Origin: an uncultured Rhodospirillaceae bacterium
GTDB lineage: Bacteria > Pseudomonadota > Alphaproteobacteria > Rhodospirillales > UBA2165
Assembly (NCBI GenBank): GCA_964611435.1
Contig: CAZSXT010000005.1
Span: 88,290-152,289 of the forward strand
Length of the DNA stretch: 64,000 bases
Direction of reading: 5' to 3'
A program made the translations under genes and the position numbers. Positions 19,755-30,612 of this stretch are shown piece by piece. The notes beneath the pieces were generated by a model. It was not told where the DNA came from. It was given only the letters and a program-made list of their open reading frames with translations, and searched no databases. Each line of letters starts with the position of its first letter. Within the stretch, counting starts at the first letter, position 1.

Positions 19755-20483
19755 ATGGAACAGAGTTTTTTTCAAAGACTCGGCGAAGACATAGATTCTT
19801 ACATTGAACGCGATCCGGCGGCCCGGTCCCGGTTGGAGGTAATTCTCTGCTATCCGGGCTATCACGCCATCCTGTTTTATCGGATTGCCAATGCCCTTTG
19901 GCGGCGGCGATTTTTTCTTTTGGCCCGGTTCATTTCCAATATCGGCAAGATTTTAACCGGGATCGAAATTCATCCCGGCGCGACCATTGGCCGACGGCTG
20001 TTTATTGACCACGGCAATGGCGTGGTTGTCGGCGAAACCTCGGAGATCGGGAACGATGTGACGCTCTATCAGGGGGTAACCCTGGGCGGCACGTCTTTGG
20101 AGAAGGGTAAGCGCCACCCGACCCTGGAGGATTTTGTCATCGTGGGTTCCGGCGCACAGGTGCTTGGGCCTCTGGTGGTCGGCGAACGGGCGCGAATCGG
20201 CGCCAACGCCGTGGTCCTGACCGAGGTGCCAAAGGGCGCGACGATGGTCGGTATTCCGGCAAAGATCGTCATGGGCCGGGGCAAGAAAAAGGAAGAAGCC
20301 TTTACCGCTTACGGTACACCCACCGAAGACCTGCCTGATCCGGTGGCGCGCAGCTTCGAAAGCTTGCGGGCGCAGTTGATTGAACTGACCAACCGGGTCG
20401 AGGAGTTGGAAGCGGAGAAAGCGCAACACCAATCGGACCAGGATGATGAACCGGATCAGCCGGCATCATCCTGCGGTTCTTAA
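19755..20483 (+). CDS. cysE: serine O-acetyltransferase with a charged C-terminal extension
   Basis: 242-aa ORF. The SAT N-terminal region reads [26 protein letters not shown], followed by left-handed beta-helix hexapeptide repeats ([41 protein letters not shown]). Confidence 0.9.
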   Translation: MEQSFFQRLGEDIDSYIERDPAARSRLEVILCYPGYHAILFYRIANALWRRRFFLLARFISNIGKILTGIEIHPGATIGRRLFIDHGNGVVVGETSEIGNDVTLYQGVTLGGTSLEKGKRHPTLEDFVIVGSGAQVLGPLVVGERARIGANAVVLTEVPKGATMVGIPAKIVMGRGKKKEEAFTAYGTPTEDLPDPVARSFESLRAQLIELTNRVEELEAEKAQHQSDQDDEPDQPASSCGS

Positions 20484-20523
20484 AGATTTAGACGTGAAGT
20501 TTGATAGCTGAAGGAGTAGACCC

Positions 20524-21039
20524 GTGAAACTCAGCACAAAAGGCCGGTATGCAGTAATGGCAATGGCGGATCTGGCCCGTCAAAGCCGTGGCGGTCCCGT
20601 GGCGCTCGCCGATATTGCGGAACGCCAGGATATTTCCCTCTCGTATTTGGAACAGTTGTTCGGAAAACTGCGCAAAGGGCATCAGGTGAAAAGTGTTCGT
20701 GGCCCCGGCGGCGGATATCTTCTCGCCCGCGATCCCGCCCAAATGCGGATTTCCGACATCATCATGGCGGTGGATGAGCCGATCAAAGCCACCCGATGCA
20801 CGCCGGGCTCGCCGCAAGGCTGCCAGTCTGACCGTAGCCGGTGTCTGACCCATGATTTGTGGGAGGAACTGGACACCCAGATTAATCTGTTTCTGAGCTC
20901 GGTCTCCCTTGAAGACGTGGTCGAAAGCCGGGTCTTGGGTCTGGGCAGCCGCTTGGCGACTCCTCGCACCGTCCTCGGACCGGAGCTGGGCAATCGTCCA
21001 GCCGTTGAGAATCGGGAAGCTGCGGTTCCGGCGGAGTAA
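20524..21039 (+). CDS. iscR: Rrf2-family Fe-S cluster regulator (IscR-like)
   Basis: 171-aa ORF with a GTG start after AAGGAG. It has the Rrf2 HTH N-terminus MKLSTKGRYAVMAMADLA and the three-Cys cluster CTPGSPQGCQSDRSRC. Confidence 0.85.
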   Translation: MKLSTKGRYAVMAMADLARQSRGGPVALADIAERQDISLSYLEQLFGKLRKGHQVKSVRGPGGGYLLARDPAQMRISDIIMAVDEPIKATRCTPGSPQGCQSDRSRCLTHDLWEELDTQINLFLSSVSLEDVVESRVLGLGSRLATPRTVLGPELGNRPAVENREAAVPAE

Positions 21040-21041
21040 TC

Positions 21042-22160
21042 ATGACGGCCTACCTTGATTATAACGCGACGGCGCCGGTCCGCGCCGAAGTCGCCGAAGC
21101 GGTGAGCAAAGCGCTCGCGCTCGGGGGCAATGCATCATCCGTCCATTCGCGGGGGCGGGAGGCGCGGCGCGTTGTCGAGGAAGCTCGGGAAAAGGTCGCG
21201 GCCCTGGTGGGCGCAAGCCCGGCGGAGGTGATTTTCACCGGCAGCGGCACCGAGGCGAATAATCTGGCCCTCAGCGGCGCGTCGGCTGGTCGCGTAGCCG
21301 TCTCGGCGGTGGAACATGATTCCGTGTTGCGGGTCGCACCAAATGGGATCCGACTTGGTGTGGACGCTGACGGCCGAGTGAACCTTACGGAGCTCGAGAG
21401 CTTTCTGTCTGATGATGGGACCGCGTTGATTTCGGTTATGGCGGCCAATAACGAGACCGGTGTGATGCAGCCGATCCAGGAAGCCGCTGCGCTGCTACAA
21501 AGCCATGATGCGCTGCTTCATGTAGACGCGGTACAGGCCGCCGGCAAAATCGATATTTCCCGCGACCAAATGGACGCCGATCTGATGACGTTATCGGCTC
21601 ACAAGTTGGGTGGTCCGCAGGGCGTCGGCGCGCTCATCATCCGCGACGGCATGGATCTCGAACCGCTCGTCAAAGGCGGCGGGCAGGAACGCTCCCGCCG
21701 GGCGGGCACGGAAAACGTGGCTGGCATCGCCGGATTTGGCGTTGCCGCTGAATTGGCGCTGAACGAATTGGATCAGATGGATCGAATTGCGGCTTTACGT
21801 GACCGGCTTGAAATCGAAATCAATAAAATTGCGCCGGACACCCGTGTCTTGGGCGCCGCCGGGCCCCGGCTCGCCAATACGTCGTGCTTGACCATGCCCG
21901 GCGTCAGCGCCGAAAGTCAGGTGATGTCGCTTGATTTGGCGGGCGTGATGGTGAGCGCCGGCTCCGCCTGTTCGTCCGGCAAAGTAACCACATCTCACGT
22001 ACTCACCGCCATGGGTCTTTCAGAGGCCGAGGCGAATACGGCGATCCGGATCAGTCTCGGCTGGGCGTCGGTCAAGGAAGATGTAGATGCGTTCCTCAAC
22101 GCTTGGGGCGAACTCTATCGGCGCACCCGCAAGCAGGAATTGGAGGCCTCCGCCGCATGA
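21042..22160 (+). CDS. cysteine desulfurase, NifS-like (class V aminotransferase)
   Basis: 372-aa ORF with the PLP-lysine motif SAHKLGGPQGVGAL and the catalytic-Cys loop SAGSACSSG. Confidence 0.88.
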   Translation: MTAYLDYNATAPVRAEVAEAVSKALALGGNASSVHSRGREARRVVEEAREKVAALVGASPAEVIFTGSGTEANNLALSGASAGRVAVSAVEHDSVLRVAPNGIRLGVDADGRVNLTELESFLSDDGTALISVMAANNETGVMQPIQEAAALLQSHDALLHVDAVQAAGKIDISRDQMDADLMTLSAHKLGGPQGVGALIIRDGMDLEPLVKGGGQERSRRAGTENVAGIAGFGVAAELALNELDQMDRIAALRDRLEIEINKIAPDTRVLGAAGPRLANTSCLTMPGVSAESQVMSLDLAGVMVSAGSACSSGKVTTSHVLTAMGLSEAEANTAIRISLGWASVKEDVDAFLNAWGELYRRTRKQELEASAA

Positions 22161-23362
22161 CCGAGCGCCGCCGCCAGCCCCTGTATCTGGATAACCACGC
22201 GACCACGCCGGTGGACCCGCGGGTGCGGGACGCCATGATGCCGTACTTCAACGAGATATTCGGTAATCCCCATTCCGGCAGTCATGCCTTCGGCTGGGAA
22301 GCGGCCGAGGCGGTGGAGATGGCCCGCGAACAGATCGCCGCGATGATCGGCGCGGACACGGACGAAATCATTTTTACCTCCGGCGCGACCGAGGCCAACA
22401 ATTTGGCGATCAAGGGCGTCGCCCGGTTTTACGCTGAAAAGAAAAACCACATTATCACCTGCGCCACCGAACACATGTGTGTGTTGGACTCCTGCTTTCA
22501 GTTGGAAAGTGAAGGTTTCAAGGTCACCTATTTGCCGGTGGAGCCTGATGGGCTTTTGGACCTGGACAAACTGCGGGACGCCATTACGGATCAAACGCTC
22601 CTGGTCTCCATCATGACCGTGCAGAACGAGATCGGCACCATCCAGCCCATGGCGGAGATCGGCGCAATCTGCAAGGAACACAACGTCTTTCTGCATTCCG
22701 ATGCGGCGCAGGCGGTGGGTAAGATACCGCTGGATGTCAAAGAGATGCAGATCGATCTAATGAGCATCACGGCCCATAAGATCTACGGGCCCATGGGCGT
22801 CGGCGCGCTTTACGTTACCAAGAAGCCGCGGGTCCTGTTAGAGCCGTTGTTCAGTGGCGGCGGTCAGGAAAAGGGATTGCGCTCCGGCACGTTGCCGCCG
22901 CCCCTTTGCGTCGGGTTCGGCAAGGCGTTGGAGATCGCAGCGCAAGAAATGCCGGCGGAAGCAAAACGTTTAGGTCGGATGCGGGACCTGTTGATTGATC
23001 GTCTGACAGATGAACTGGACGGTATCCATATCAACGGCACGATGGAACACCGGGTGCCGGGTAATCTGAACATCAGCATTGAAAGGGCGGACGCGGAAAG
23101 CCTGATGGCGGCTCTGCCTGACCTGGCCATGTCCTCGGGTTCGGCCTGTACGTCGGCATCCGAGGATTCTTCCCATGTGCTCAAATCGATCGGCCTGCCG
23201 AATGAACTGGCGGAGGCCAGCCTGCGGATCGGTCTGGGTCGCTTTAATGAAGAGGCCGATGCCGTTTATGCGGTTAATCGCCTAATCGAGGAAATTAGAA
23301 ACGTTCGCGCCGATCGGCATGATATTGCCGCAGCGGAACAGAGTGAAAGAGTAGGAAAGTAG
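22157..23362 (+). CDS. iscS: cysteine desulfurase, IscS-like
   Basis: ORF 22103..23362. The ATG at 22157 overlaps the upstream stop (ATGA) and gives [18 protein letters not shown]. Motifs [15 protein letters not shown] and [10 protein letters not shown] are present. Confidence 0.85.
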   Translation: MTERRRQPLYLDNHATTPVDPRVRDAMMPYFNEIFGNPHSGSHAFGWEAAEAVEMAREQIAAMIGADTDEIIFTSGATEANNLAIKGVARFYAEKKNHIITCATEHMCVLDSCFQLESEGFKVTYLPVEPDGLLDLDKLRDAITDQTLLVSIMTVQNEIGTIQPMAEIGAICKEHNVFLHSDAAQAVGKIPLDVKEMQIDLMSITAHKIYGPMGVGALYVTKKPRVLLEPLFSGGGQEKGLRSGTLPPPLCVGFGKALEIAAQEMPAEAKRLGRMRDLLIDRLTDELDGIHINGTMEHRVPGNLNISIERADAESLMAALPDLAMSSGSACTSASEDSSHVLKSIGLPNELAEASLRIGLGRFNEEADAVYAVNRLIEEIRNVRADRHDIAAAEQSERVGK

Positions 23363-23364
23363 AG

Positions 23365-24825
23365 ATGACAGCAGTCACGGAAACGATCGATCAGGTAAAG
23401 GAAGTCGAAAAGTACAAGTACGGCTTTGTAACCGATATCGAGGCGGATACCGCACCCAAGGGCCTGAACGAAGACATCGTCCGCTTTATTTCGGCCAAGA
23501 AGAACGAGCCTGAATGGCTGCTGGAGTGGCGGCTGAAGGCGTTCCGCCACTGGCTCACCATGGAAGAGCCCGACTGGGCCAAGGTCGGCTATCCGGAGAT
23601 CGATTACCAGGACGCCTATTACTATTCCGCGCCCAAAAAGAAAGAAGACGGGCCCGAAACCCTGGATGACGTGGACCCGGAGCTACTGGCCACCTATGAA
23701 AAACTTGGCATTCCCCTGTATGAACAGGAAATCCTGGCCGGCGTGAAAAACGTCGCCGTGGACGCGGTCTTCGACAGCGTTTCCGTCGCGACCACGTTCA
23801 AGGAGACGCTCGCCAAGCACGGCGTGATCTTCTGCCCGATTTCCGAAGCGGTGCAGAATCATCCCGAACTGGTGCAGAAGTACATGGGCTCGGTCGTGCC
23901 CTATTCGGACAACTTCTTCGCCACGCTAAACTGCGCGGTCTTCACCGATGGGTCCTTCGTCTACATTCCCAAGGGTGTGCGTTGCCCGATGGAGTTATCG
24001 ACCTATTTCCGCATCAACGCCGCCAACACGGGCCAGTTTGAACGTACGCTGATCATCGCGGAAGAGGGGTCTTACGTTTCCTACTTGGAAGGCTGCACCG
24101 CACCGATGCGGGATGAAAACCAGCTTCACGCCGCCGTGGTGGAATTGGTCGCGATGGACGACGCGGAAATCAAGTATTCCACCGTGCAAAACTGGTATCC
24201 CGGCGACGAAAACGGCGTCGGCGGCATCTATAACTTTGTCACCAAGCGCGGCGCCTGCCGGGGCAAGAACTCCAAGATTTCGTGGACCCAGGTGGAAACC
24301 GGCTCGGCGGTGACCTGGAAGTATCCGAGTTGCATCCTGCAGGGTGATAATTCGGTGGGTGAGTTCTATTCGGTCGCCATCACCAACAATTATCAGCAGG
24401 CGGATACGGGCACCAAGATGATTCATCTGGGCAAGAACACCTCGTCCCGGATCATCGCCAAGGGCATCTCCGCCGGTAAATCCCAAAGCACCTATCGCGG
24501 GCTTGTGAAAATGATGCCCAAGGCCGATGGCGCAAGAAATTATACCCAGTGCGACTCCCTGCTGATCGGCAAGGAATGTGGCGCGCACACGGTGCCGTAT
24601 ATCGAAAGCCGAAATAAATCGGCGAAGGTCGAACATGAAGCCACCACGTCGAAGATCGCAGATGATCAACTGTTTTATTGCCGTCAGCGCGGCATGGATG
24701 AAGAGGAAGCCATCGCCTTGATCGTCAACGGGTTCTGCCGTGAGGTTCTGCAGGAGCTGCCGATGGAATTCGCGGTGGAAGCCCAGAAACTGGTTGGCAT
24801 CAGCCTTGAAGGCAGTGTCGGATAA
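23365..24825 (+). CDS. sufB: Fe-S cluster assembly scaffold SufB
   Basis: 486-aa ORF with the characteristic [23 protein letters not shown]. It sits immediately upstream of sufC and sufD. Confidence 0.95.
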   Translation: MTAVTETIDQVKEVEKYKYGFVTDIEADTAPKGLNEDIVRFISAKKNEPEWLLEWRLKAFRHWLTMEEPDWAKVGYPEIDYQDAYYYSAPKKKEDGPETLDDVDPELLATYEKLGIPLYEQEILAGVKNVAVDAVFDSVSVATTFKETLAKHGVIFCPISEAVQNHPELVQKYMGSVVPYSDNFFATLNCAVFTDGSFVYIPKGVRCPMELSTYFRINAANTGQFERTLIIAEEGSYVSYLEGCTAPMRDENQLHAAVVELVAMDDAEIKYSTVQNWYPGDENGVGGIYNFVTKRGACRGKNSKISWTQVETGSAVTWKYPSCILQGDNSVGEFYSVAITNNYQQADTGTKMIHLGKNTSSRIIAKGISAGKSQSTYRGLVKMMPKADGARNYTQCDSLLIGKECGAHTVPYIESRNKSAKVEHEATTSKIADDQLFYCRQRGMDEEEAIALIVNGFCREVLQELPMEFAVEAQKLVGISLEGSVG

Positions 24826-24852
24826 TCAAAAGAGAAAAAGAGTAACGTCAAA

Positions 24853-25602
24853 ATGCTAGAAATCAAAAATCTACACGCAAGCGTCGATGGGACGGAAATC
24901 CTGAAGGGCATCAATTTGTCCATGGGACCGGGCGAAGTGCACGCCATCATGGGTCCTAACGGGTCGGGTAAGAGTACCTTGTCTTATGTGCTCTCGGGCC
25001 GCGACGGTTACGAGGTGACCGAGGGTAGCGCGACCTTTAATGGCAAGGATCTATTGGATATGGACCCGGAAGAGCGCGCCGGTGAAGGCGTCTTCCTGGC
25101 GTTCCAATACCCGGTGGAGATCCCCGGCGTCTCGACCATGAACTTCCTCAAGGCCTCGGTGAATTCGGTCCGCAAGTATCGCGGCGAGAACGAGTTGGAC
25201 GCGATGGATTTTCTGAAATTCGTCCGGGAAAAGACCAAAGTCCTGAATATTACCGACGATATGCTGAAGCGCGCGGTCAATGTGGGCTTCTCCGGTGGGG
25301 AAAAAAAACGCAACGAGGTGCTGCAGATGGCGGTGCTGAACCCGACCCTCGCCATTCTGGATGAAACGGACAGCGGCCTGGACGTGGATGCTCTCCGAAT
25401 CGTTGGTGAGGGGGTGACCGCACTGCGCTCGCCTGAACGCTCCATGTTGGTGATCACTCACTATCAGAGGCTCTTGGATCACATCGTACCCGACCACGTG
25501 CATGTGCTCGCCCACGGTAAGATCGTCAAGTCGGGCGGTAAGGACTTGGCGCTGGAATTGGAGAAAAATGGTTACGCCGAATACACGGCGGAAGCGGCTT
25601 AA
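24853..25602 (+). CDS. sufC: Fe-S cluster assembly ATPase SufC
   Basis: 249-aa ORF with Walker A GPNGSGKST, signature FSGGEKKR and Walker B LAILDETDSGLD. Confidence 0.95.
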   Translation: MLEIKNLHASVDGTEILKGINLSMGPGEVHAIMGPNGSGKSTLSYVLSGRDGYEVTEGSATFNGKDLLDMDPEERAGEGVFLAFQYPVEIPGVSTMNFLKASVNSVRKYRGENELDAMDFLKFVREKTKVLNITDDMLKRAVNVGFSGGEKKRNEVLQMAVLNPTLAILDETDSGLDVDALRIVGEGVTALRSPERSMLVITHYQRLLDHIVPDHVHVLAHGKIVKSGGKDLALELEKNGYAEYTAEAA

Positions 25603-25617
25603 GGGGACGCGCGTAAA

Positions 25618-26925
25618 ATGTCACTGTCACCCACTAGCCAGAAAATGCTCGACCGGTTCGAGGCGATAAAAGCCGAGCTGCCAGGTGCGGATCAGCCGTG
25701 GCTGGCGGCGCTCCGGGAGAAATCGGCTGCGATCTTCCGGGAGAAAGGCCTGCCGACCCAGCGGGATGAGGAATGGAAATACACCGGCCTCGGTGCGCTG
25801 GAAAAATTGGAGTTGTCAGCAACTCCTGAGCCCGCTCAGGTTCAAGCGGATATATTACCGGCGGCGATCAGCGCCGACTCCCGGCTGGTCTTCGTCGACG
25901 GGCGCTTCGACGTATCCTTATCTCAGATCGAACAAGCTGCCGGCGTCACCGTGACAACATTCGGCGGGCTGCTCGCCTCGCAGCCGGAGGCATTGGAAAA
26001 TCTGATGGTTGGGGCCGATGACGGCTTGCCCATGTTGGCCCTCAACGGCGCGCTGCAGGAAGACGGCTATGTGGTCGGGCTAGATGCTGGCGTGGTTGCC
26101 GACAAACCTATTGAAGTGCTGTACGTGGACACCGGGAACGCGGCGCGGGTCTGTCAGCCCCGGAATATTATTGTGGCCGGTGATAACGCTCGGGTGCGGG
26201 TGGTTGAAAGCCATGTCGGTTTGGCCGAAGCCTCTCAGGTGTTTTTCAACGGTGTGACACTGGTTTCGGCGGCTGCTGGCTCGCGGATTGAGCATGTCCG
26301 GCTGCAAACTCAGTCTGCGGGTGCGGTCCATGTGAATACGATCCGCGCCAATGTAGCCAAGGACGCCGCCTATCAGAGCTTTGTCCTGGCCAGCGGCGGC
26401 GATGTCGCACGGGACGAAATTCAAGTGTCCCTGGACGCGTCCGGAGCGGCGGCGAAGCTGCATGGCGTCTATCTGGGCGGCCGCAAGCAGGTGATCGACA
26501 ATACGACCCTGATCACCCACCGCGCACCGCACACGGCCAGTGAGGAAATGTATCGTGGCGCGTTGGATGCCGACTCCCGGGGCGTGTTTCAGGGGAACAT
26601 TCTGGTGGAGCAGGGCGCCGACGGGACCGACGGCCAGATGAGCAACAAGACTTTGTTACTGTCCAACGAGGCGGAGATCGACAGCAAACCCCAACTTGAA
26701 ATTTACGCGGACGATGTTAAATGCGCCCACGGTACAACCGCCGGGGAATTGGACGATGATGCCCTCTTCTATCTTCGGTCCAGGGGTGTGCCGGAAAATA
26801 CCGCCCGCGCCATGTTGGTGGAGGGTTTTCTGGCCGAGGTGATTGGGGATTTCGGGGCGGAAGATTTAAACGACATGCTAATCGGCCGGGTTTCGGATTG
26901 GCTGACAACGAATGAACAAGGATAA
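25618..26925 (+). CDS. sufD: Fe-S cluster assembly protein SufD
   Basis: 435-aa ORF between sufC and sufS. The conserved C-terminal region reads YADDVKCAHGTTAGELDDDALFYLRSRGV. Confidence 0.9.
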   Translation: MSLSPTSQKMLDRFEAIKAELPGADQPWLAALREKSAAIFREKGLPTQRDEEWKYTGLGALEKLELSATPEPAQVQADILPAAISADSRLVFVDGRFDVSLSQIEQAAGVTVTTFGGLLASQPEALENLMVGADDGLPMLALNGALQEDGYVVGLDAGVVADKPIEVLYVDTGNAARVCQPRNIIVAGDNARVRVVESHVGLAEASQVFFNGVTLVSAAAGSRIEHVRLQTQSAGAVHVNTIRANVAKDAAYQSFVLASGGDVARDEIQVSLDASGAAAKLHGVYLGGRKQVIDNTTLITHRAPHTASEEMYRGALDADSRGVFQGNILVEQGADGTDGQMSNKTLLLSNEAEIDSKPQLEIYADDVKCAHGTTAGELDDDALFYLRSRGVPENTARAMLVEGFLAEVIGDFGAEDLNDMLIGRVSDWLTTNEQG

Positions 26926-28183
26926 GGACGGCATGGATACGCCCATCAATATATCTGATGTCGGGAGCGGCTACGACGTCGAGGCCGTTCGCCGCGATTT
27001 TCCGATCCTGCAGACAGAGGTCAATGGCCATCGGCTGGTGTTCCTCGACAGCGGCGCCAGCGCGCAAAAGCCGGCCGCCGTGATCGACGCCATGGATGCG
27101 GCCTATCGCGGGGCGTACGCCAATGTGCACCGGGGCGCCTATACGTTGAGCCAGATGGCCACCGATGGCTATGAAAATGCCCGGAAGACAGTGACCAAGT
27201 ATCTGAACGCCGCTTCCGCTGACGAGATCATCTTCACCCGCAACGTCACCTCGGCGATTAACTTGGTCGCTTATTCCTATGGCACATTCCTGGAAGCCGG
27301 CGACGAGGTGGTGATTTCTCATATGGAGCACCATGCCAATATCGTGCCCTGGCAGTTGCTGCGGGACCGTACCGGCATTGTCCTGAAGGTTGCGCCGATC
27401 GACGATGACGGCAATTTTCTGATGGAGGAGTTCGAGAAGCTTCTCTCGCCCAAGACCAAGTTGGTGGCGATCACTCATGTGTCGAATGTTCTGGGCACTA
27501 TCGTCCCGATTAAGGAGGTTATCCGCCTCGCTCATGCCCAGGGCGCAAAAGTGCTGATCGACGGGGCGCAGGGCGTTGTTCACGCGCGGGTCGATGTGCA
27601 GGACCTGGAGGCGGATTTCTATGCCTTTACCGGACACAAGCTCTATGGCCCATCGGGTATCGGCGTGCTGTATGGCAAAAAAGATTTGCTGAACGCGATG
27701 CCTCCCTATGAAGGCGGCGGGGACATGATCGAGCGGGTGACGTTCGAGAAAACCACCTACCGGGAAGCCCCGGCGCGATTTGAGGCGGGCACCCCGGCCA
27801 TTGTTGAAGCGGTCGGCCTGGCCGCCGCCGTGGATTATTTCGATGCCGTTGGTGTGGAGAAGATCGCCGCCCACGAACAAGCGCTACTGTCTTATGCGAC
27901 AGATCGCCTATCGGAGATCGATGGGCTAACCATCTACGGCAAGGCCGCAAATAAGGCGGGGATCATTTCCTTTACCCTGGAGGACGTGCACCCCCATGAT
28001 ATCGGCACCATCATCGATAGCCGCGGCGTGGCCGTGCGCGCCGGGCACCATTGCGCCCAACCGCTGATGGACCGGTTTGATATCGCCGCCACGGCCCGGG
28101 CCTCGTTTGGCATGTACAACACCATCGACGATGTGGATGTGCTGGTCGAGGCGTTGGTTTACGCAAAAGGAATATTCGGCTGA
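26912..28183 (+). CDS. sufS: cysteine desulfurase SufS (group II)
   Basis: 423-aa ORF with TGHKLYGPSGIGVLYGK and the catalytic loop RAGHHCAQPL. It overlaps the sufD 3' end; an alternative start is ATG 26933. Confidence 0.93.
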   Translation: MNKDKDGMDTPINISDVGSGYDVEAVRRDFPILQTEVNGHRLVFLDSGASAQKPAAVIDAMDAAYRGAYANVHRGAYTLSQMATDGYENARKTVTKYLNAASADEIIFTRNVTSAINLVAYSYGTFLEAGDEVVISHMEHHANIVPWQLLRDRTGIVLKVAPIDDDGNFLMEEFEKLLSPKTKLVAITHVSNVLGTIVPIKEVIRLAHAQGAKVLIDGAQGVVHARVDVQDLEADFYAFTGHKLYGPSGIGVLYGKKDLLNAMPPYEGGGDMIERVTFEKTTYREAPARFEAGTPAIVEAVGLAAAVDYFDAVGVEKIAAHEQALLSYATDRLSEIDGLTIYGKAANKAGIISFTLEDVHPHDIGTIIDSRGVAVRAGHHCAQPLMDRFDIAATARASFGMYNTIDDVDVLVEALVYAKGIFG

Positions 28184-28647
28184 TGGAAGACCATATTCGT
28201 GAATTGTACCAGGAAGTCATCCTGGACCATGGCAAGAATCCCAGGAACTTCCGTCATCCGGAAGACTCAACCTGTGAGGCCCATGGCAACAACCCGCTAT
28301 GCGGCGACAGACTGACGGTCTACGCCAAGGTGGGCGATGACGATACGATCCAGGACGCTGCCTTTGAGGGGCGGGGCTGCGCCATTTCCGTGGCCTCCGC
28401 CTCCATGATGACCGATATCGTCAAAGGGAAAAGCATTGCCCAGGTTGGACGCTTGTTTGATCAGTTCCACAAACTATGTACAGGCGAAGTGGAAGACATC
28501 GACTATCCTGAATTCGAAGACGAGATCGATAAACTGCGGGTCATGTCCGGCGTGCGGCAGTTCCCCATGCGGGTGAAATGCGCAACCCTGGCTTGGCATA
28601 CAATTAACGCCGCCGTTCAAGGCGATCAGGAAGCAACGACAGAGTAG
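28183..28647 (+). CDS. sufU: SufU-type (NifU N-terminal family) sulfur acceptor/scaffold
   Basis: 154-aa ORF with the three conserved Cys contexts NPLCGD, GRGCAIS and RVKCATLAW. Its start overlaps the sufS stop (TGATG). Confidence 0.85.
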   Translation: MEDHIRELYQEVILDHGKNPRNFRHPEDSTCEAHGNNPLCGDRLTVYAKVGDDDTIQDAAFEGRGCAISVASASMMTDIVKGKSIAQVGRLFDQFHKLCTGEVEDIDYPEFEDEIDKLRVMSGVRQFPMRVKCATLAWHTINAAVQGDQEATTE

Positions 28648-28661
28648 AGAGTGAGAGCATT

Positions 28662-29216
28662 ATGTGGGGCGCCTTAAATATTTTCGGCAAGAAGAAAGAT
28701 ACGGATGTGACGGAGACACTGCCCGCTGAACCGGTAATGGATTCCCAGCCCGAGCCGCAAGCGCCGCCGGAATCCGCTACTGTACCTGAACCTGCGGAGG
28801 AATCTGGTCCGGTCTATGCGCCGAGTCCGTGGGATGAGTTCGGGTCCGATATGGAGCCCATGGAAGCCGGCGTCGTCGCGCATGCGGGCCAGGGGTTGGA
28901 AGCCGGCACGGAGGTGGCGGATCAGGAAGCGATCGCTGCGGCGTTAAAGACCGTCTACGATCCGGAAATTCCGGTGGATATTTACGAACTGGGTCTGATT
29001 TACGAAATCAATATCGAGATAAACGGTGATGTCCGCCTGGTGATGACCCTGACCGCGCCGGGTTGCCCGGTTGCCGGTATTCTGCCCCAGCAGGTCGCGG
29101 ACGCCGCCGCGTCCGTTGATGGTGTCGGCGAAGTTGAAGTGACGCTTGTGTGGGACCCGCCCTGGGATCCCGACAAAATGTCCGAAGACGCAAAACTTGC
29201 GCTCGGTATGTTCTAG
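28662..29216 (+). CDS. sufT: DUF59/SufT-type Fe-S assembly protein with an N-terminal Pro/Glu-rich extension
   Basis: 184-aa ORF. The C-terminal ~100 aa carry VYDPEIPVDIYELGLIY and TLTAPGCP. The first ~80 aa are low-complexity (PEPQAPPESATVPEPAEESGP). Confidence 0.8.
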   Translation: MWGALNIFGKKKDTDVTETLPAEPVMDSQPEPQAPPESATVPEPAEESGPVYAPSPWDEFGSDMEPMEAGVVAHAGQGLEAGTEVADQEAIAAALKTVYDPEIPVDIYELGLIYEINIEINGDVRLVMTLTAPGCPVAGILPQQVADAAASVDGVGEVEVTLVWDPPWDPDKMSEDAKLALGMF

Positions 29217-29245
29217 GCGGCGAGATATAGGAGTATGCTAAACTC

Positions 29246-29596
29246 ATGAGCCAAATTACCAAAGATGCTGCCCCGATCACGTTGACCGAGAGCGCCGTGA
29301 AGCGAGTGCGCGCCTTGATGGAGCGGACGGAAAAGTCCGTATTGGGTCTCCGCGTTGGCGTGACGAACACAGGCTGCTCCGGGCATATGTATAACGTCGA
29401 GTATGCGGAGGAAGAACGCCCGCTCGAAGAGGTTGTCGAACAGGACGGTGTACGGATTTTCATCGATCCCCTGGCCCTGATGTTCGTCGTCGGCTCCAAG
29501 ATGGATTACGTGGAAGACAAAATGCAGTCCGGGTTTATCTTTGAAAATCCGAACGTGACCAGCCAGTGCGGCTGTGGCGAGTCCTTCAGCGTCTAA
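29246..29596 (+). CDS. sufA: A-type Fe-S carrier (HesB/IscA/SufA family)
   Basis: 116-aa ORF with GCSG and the C-terminal CGCGESF motif. Confidence 0.9.
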   Translation: MSQITKDAAPITLTESAVKRVRALMERTEKSVLGLRVGVTNTGCSGHMYNVEYAEEERPLEEVVEQDGVRIFIDPLALMFVVGSKMDYVEDKMQSGFIFENPNVTSQCGCGESFSV

Positions 29597-29601
29597 GTTC
29601 C

Positions 29602-29931
29602 ATGCCGAAAGTAGTGTTTATCGAAAACAGCGGGGAACGCCGGGAAATCGAAGCGCCCGCCGGAAAGTCGTTGCTCGACATCGCACACGCCAACAATATC
29701 GATATCGAAGGCGCGTGCGAAGGCGTCATGGCCTGCTCTACCTGCCATCTGATTGTCGATCCCGATTGGTATGACAGGCTCAAGCCCGCCAGCGAGGAAG
29801 AAGACGATATGCTGGACCTGGCCTTTGGCCTGACCAAGACCTCACGCCTCGGCTGTCAAATCCTCCTGACCGAGGAACTGGACGGCCTTGTGGTCAACTT
29901 GCCTGTTGAAACCCGCAATATGATGTTGTGA
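29602..29931 (+). CDS. fdx: 2Fe-2S ferredoxin (adrenodoxin/Fdx type)
   Basis: ORF 29566..29931. The ATG at 29602 gives [19 protein letters not shown]. The Cys pattern is [11 protein letters not shown] plus RLGCQI. Confidence 0.88.
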   Translation: MPKVVFIENSGERREIEAPAGKSLLDIAHANNIDIEGACEGVMACSTCHLIVDPDWYDRLKPASEEEDDMLDLAFGLTKTSRLGCQILLTEELDGLVVNLPVETRNMML

Positions 29932-29947
29932 GGGGCCGGAGGGACAC

Positions 29948-30604
29948 GTGGTAACCCTGTTCGAGCGGCTGAAGGCCGATACCGCCAGCGCCTGGAACGC
30001 CTACACCGATCATGATTTTGTCCGGGGCTTGGCGGTGGGCACGCTCCCCGATCAATGCTTCCGCCACTATCTGGGCCAGGATTATCTGTTTCTCATCCAT
30101 TTCGCCCGCGCCTATGCCTTGGCGGCCTACAAATCCGACAGTCTGGCCGATATCCGTCAGGCGGCGGGTGGTCTGTCGGCCATCGTCGAGATGGAAATGG
30201 ACCTGCATGTGAAGTTCTGCGCCGACTGGGGCCTCTCGGAGGATGCCATGGTGGCGTTGCCCGAGGCGGCGGAGACCATGGCCTATACCCGCTTTGTACT
30301 GGAGCGCGGTGCGGCGGGGGATTTGTTGGACCTTCACGTCGCGCTCGCCCCGTGCATCGTCGGCTACGCAGAGATCGGCGCCGCGCTGGCGGATAAAGCC
30401 ACATCGGACAACCCTTACGCACCGTGGATCGAGATGTATGCCTCCACGGAGTACCAAGACGTGGCGGCCGCCGAAATCACACAATTGGATAAGCTGATGG
30501 AATCGCGCGGCGGGGAGGGACGGTATCCGGCCCTGGCCAAGACCTTCGATCAGGCGACCCGGCTGGAAATAGCCTTCTGGCAGATGGGCCTGAATGCGGT
30601 ATAA
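29948..30604 (+). CDS. tenA: TenA-family thiaminase II / aminopyrimidine aminohydrolase
   Basis: 218-aa ORF with a GTG start and TenA-like sequence ([34 protein letters not shown]). Confidence 0.8.
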   Translation: MVTLFERLKADTASAWNAYTDHDFVRGLAVGTLPDQCFRHYLGQDYLFLIHFARAYALAAYKSDSLADIRQAAGGLSAIVEMEMDLHVKFCADWGLSEDAMVALPEAAETMAYTRFVLERGAAGDLLDLHVALAPCIVGYAEIGAALADKATSDNPYAPWIEMYASTEYQDVAAAEITQLDKLMESRGGEGRYPALAKTFDQATRLEIAFWQMGLNAV

Positions 30605-30612
30605 CGGGGCCC

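Noticed and set aside
22103-22156. Upstream-extended starts offered by the ORF track: 22103 for iscS-like, 17648 for anmK, 29566 for fdx, 31668 for cupin, 46471 for MlaC, 47328 for isochorismatase, 51026 for ACAD, 42394 for the regulator, 63969 for the lipoprotein.
   Set aside because: In each case the extension overlaps the preceding gene or encodes non-homologous Arg/Pro-rich residues. An internal start also has a Shine-Dalgarno-like sequence, an ATGA/GTGA coupling, or restores a canonical N-terminus or signal peptide.
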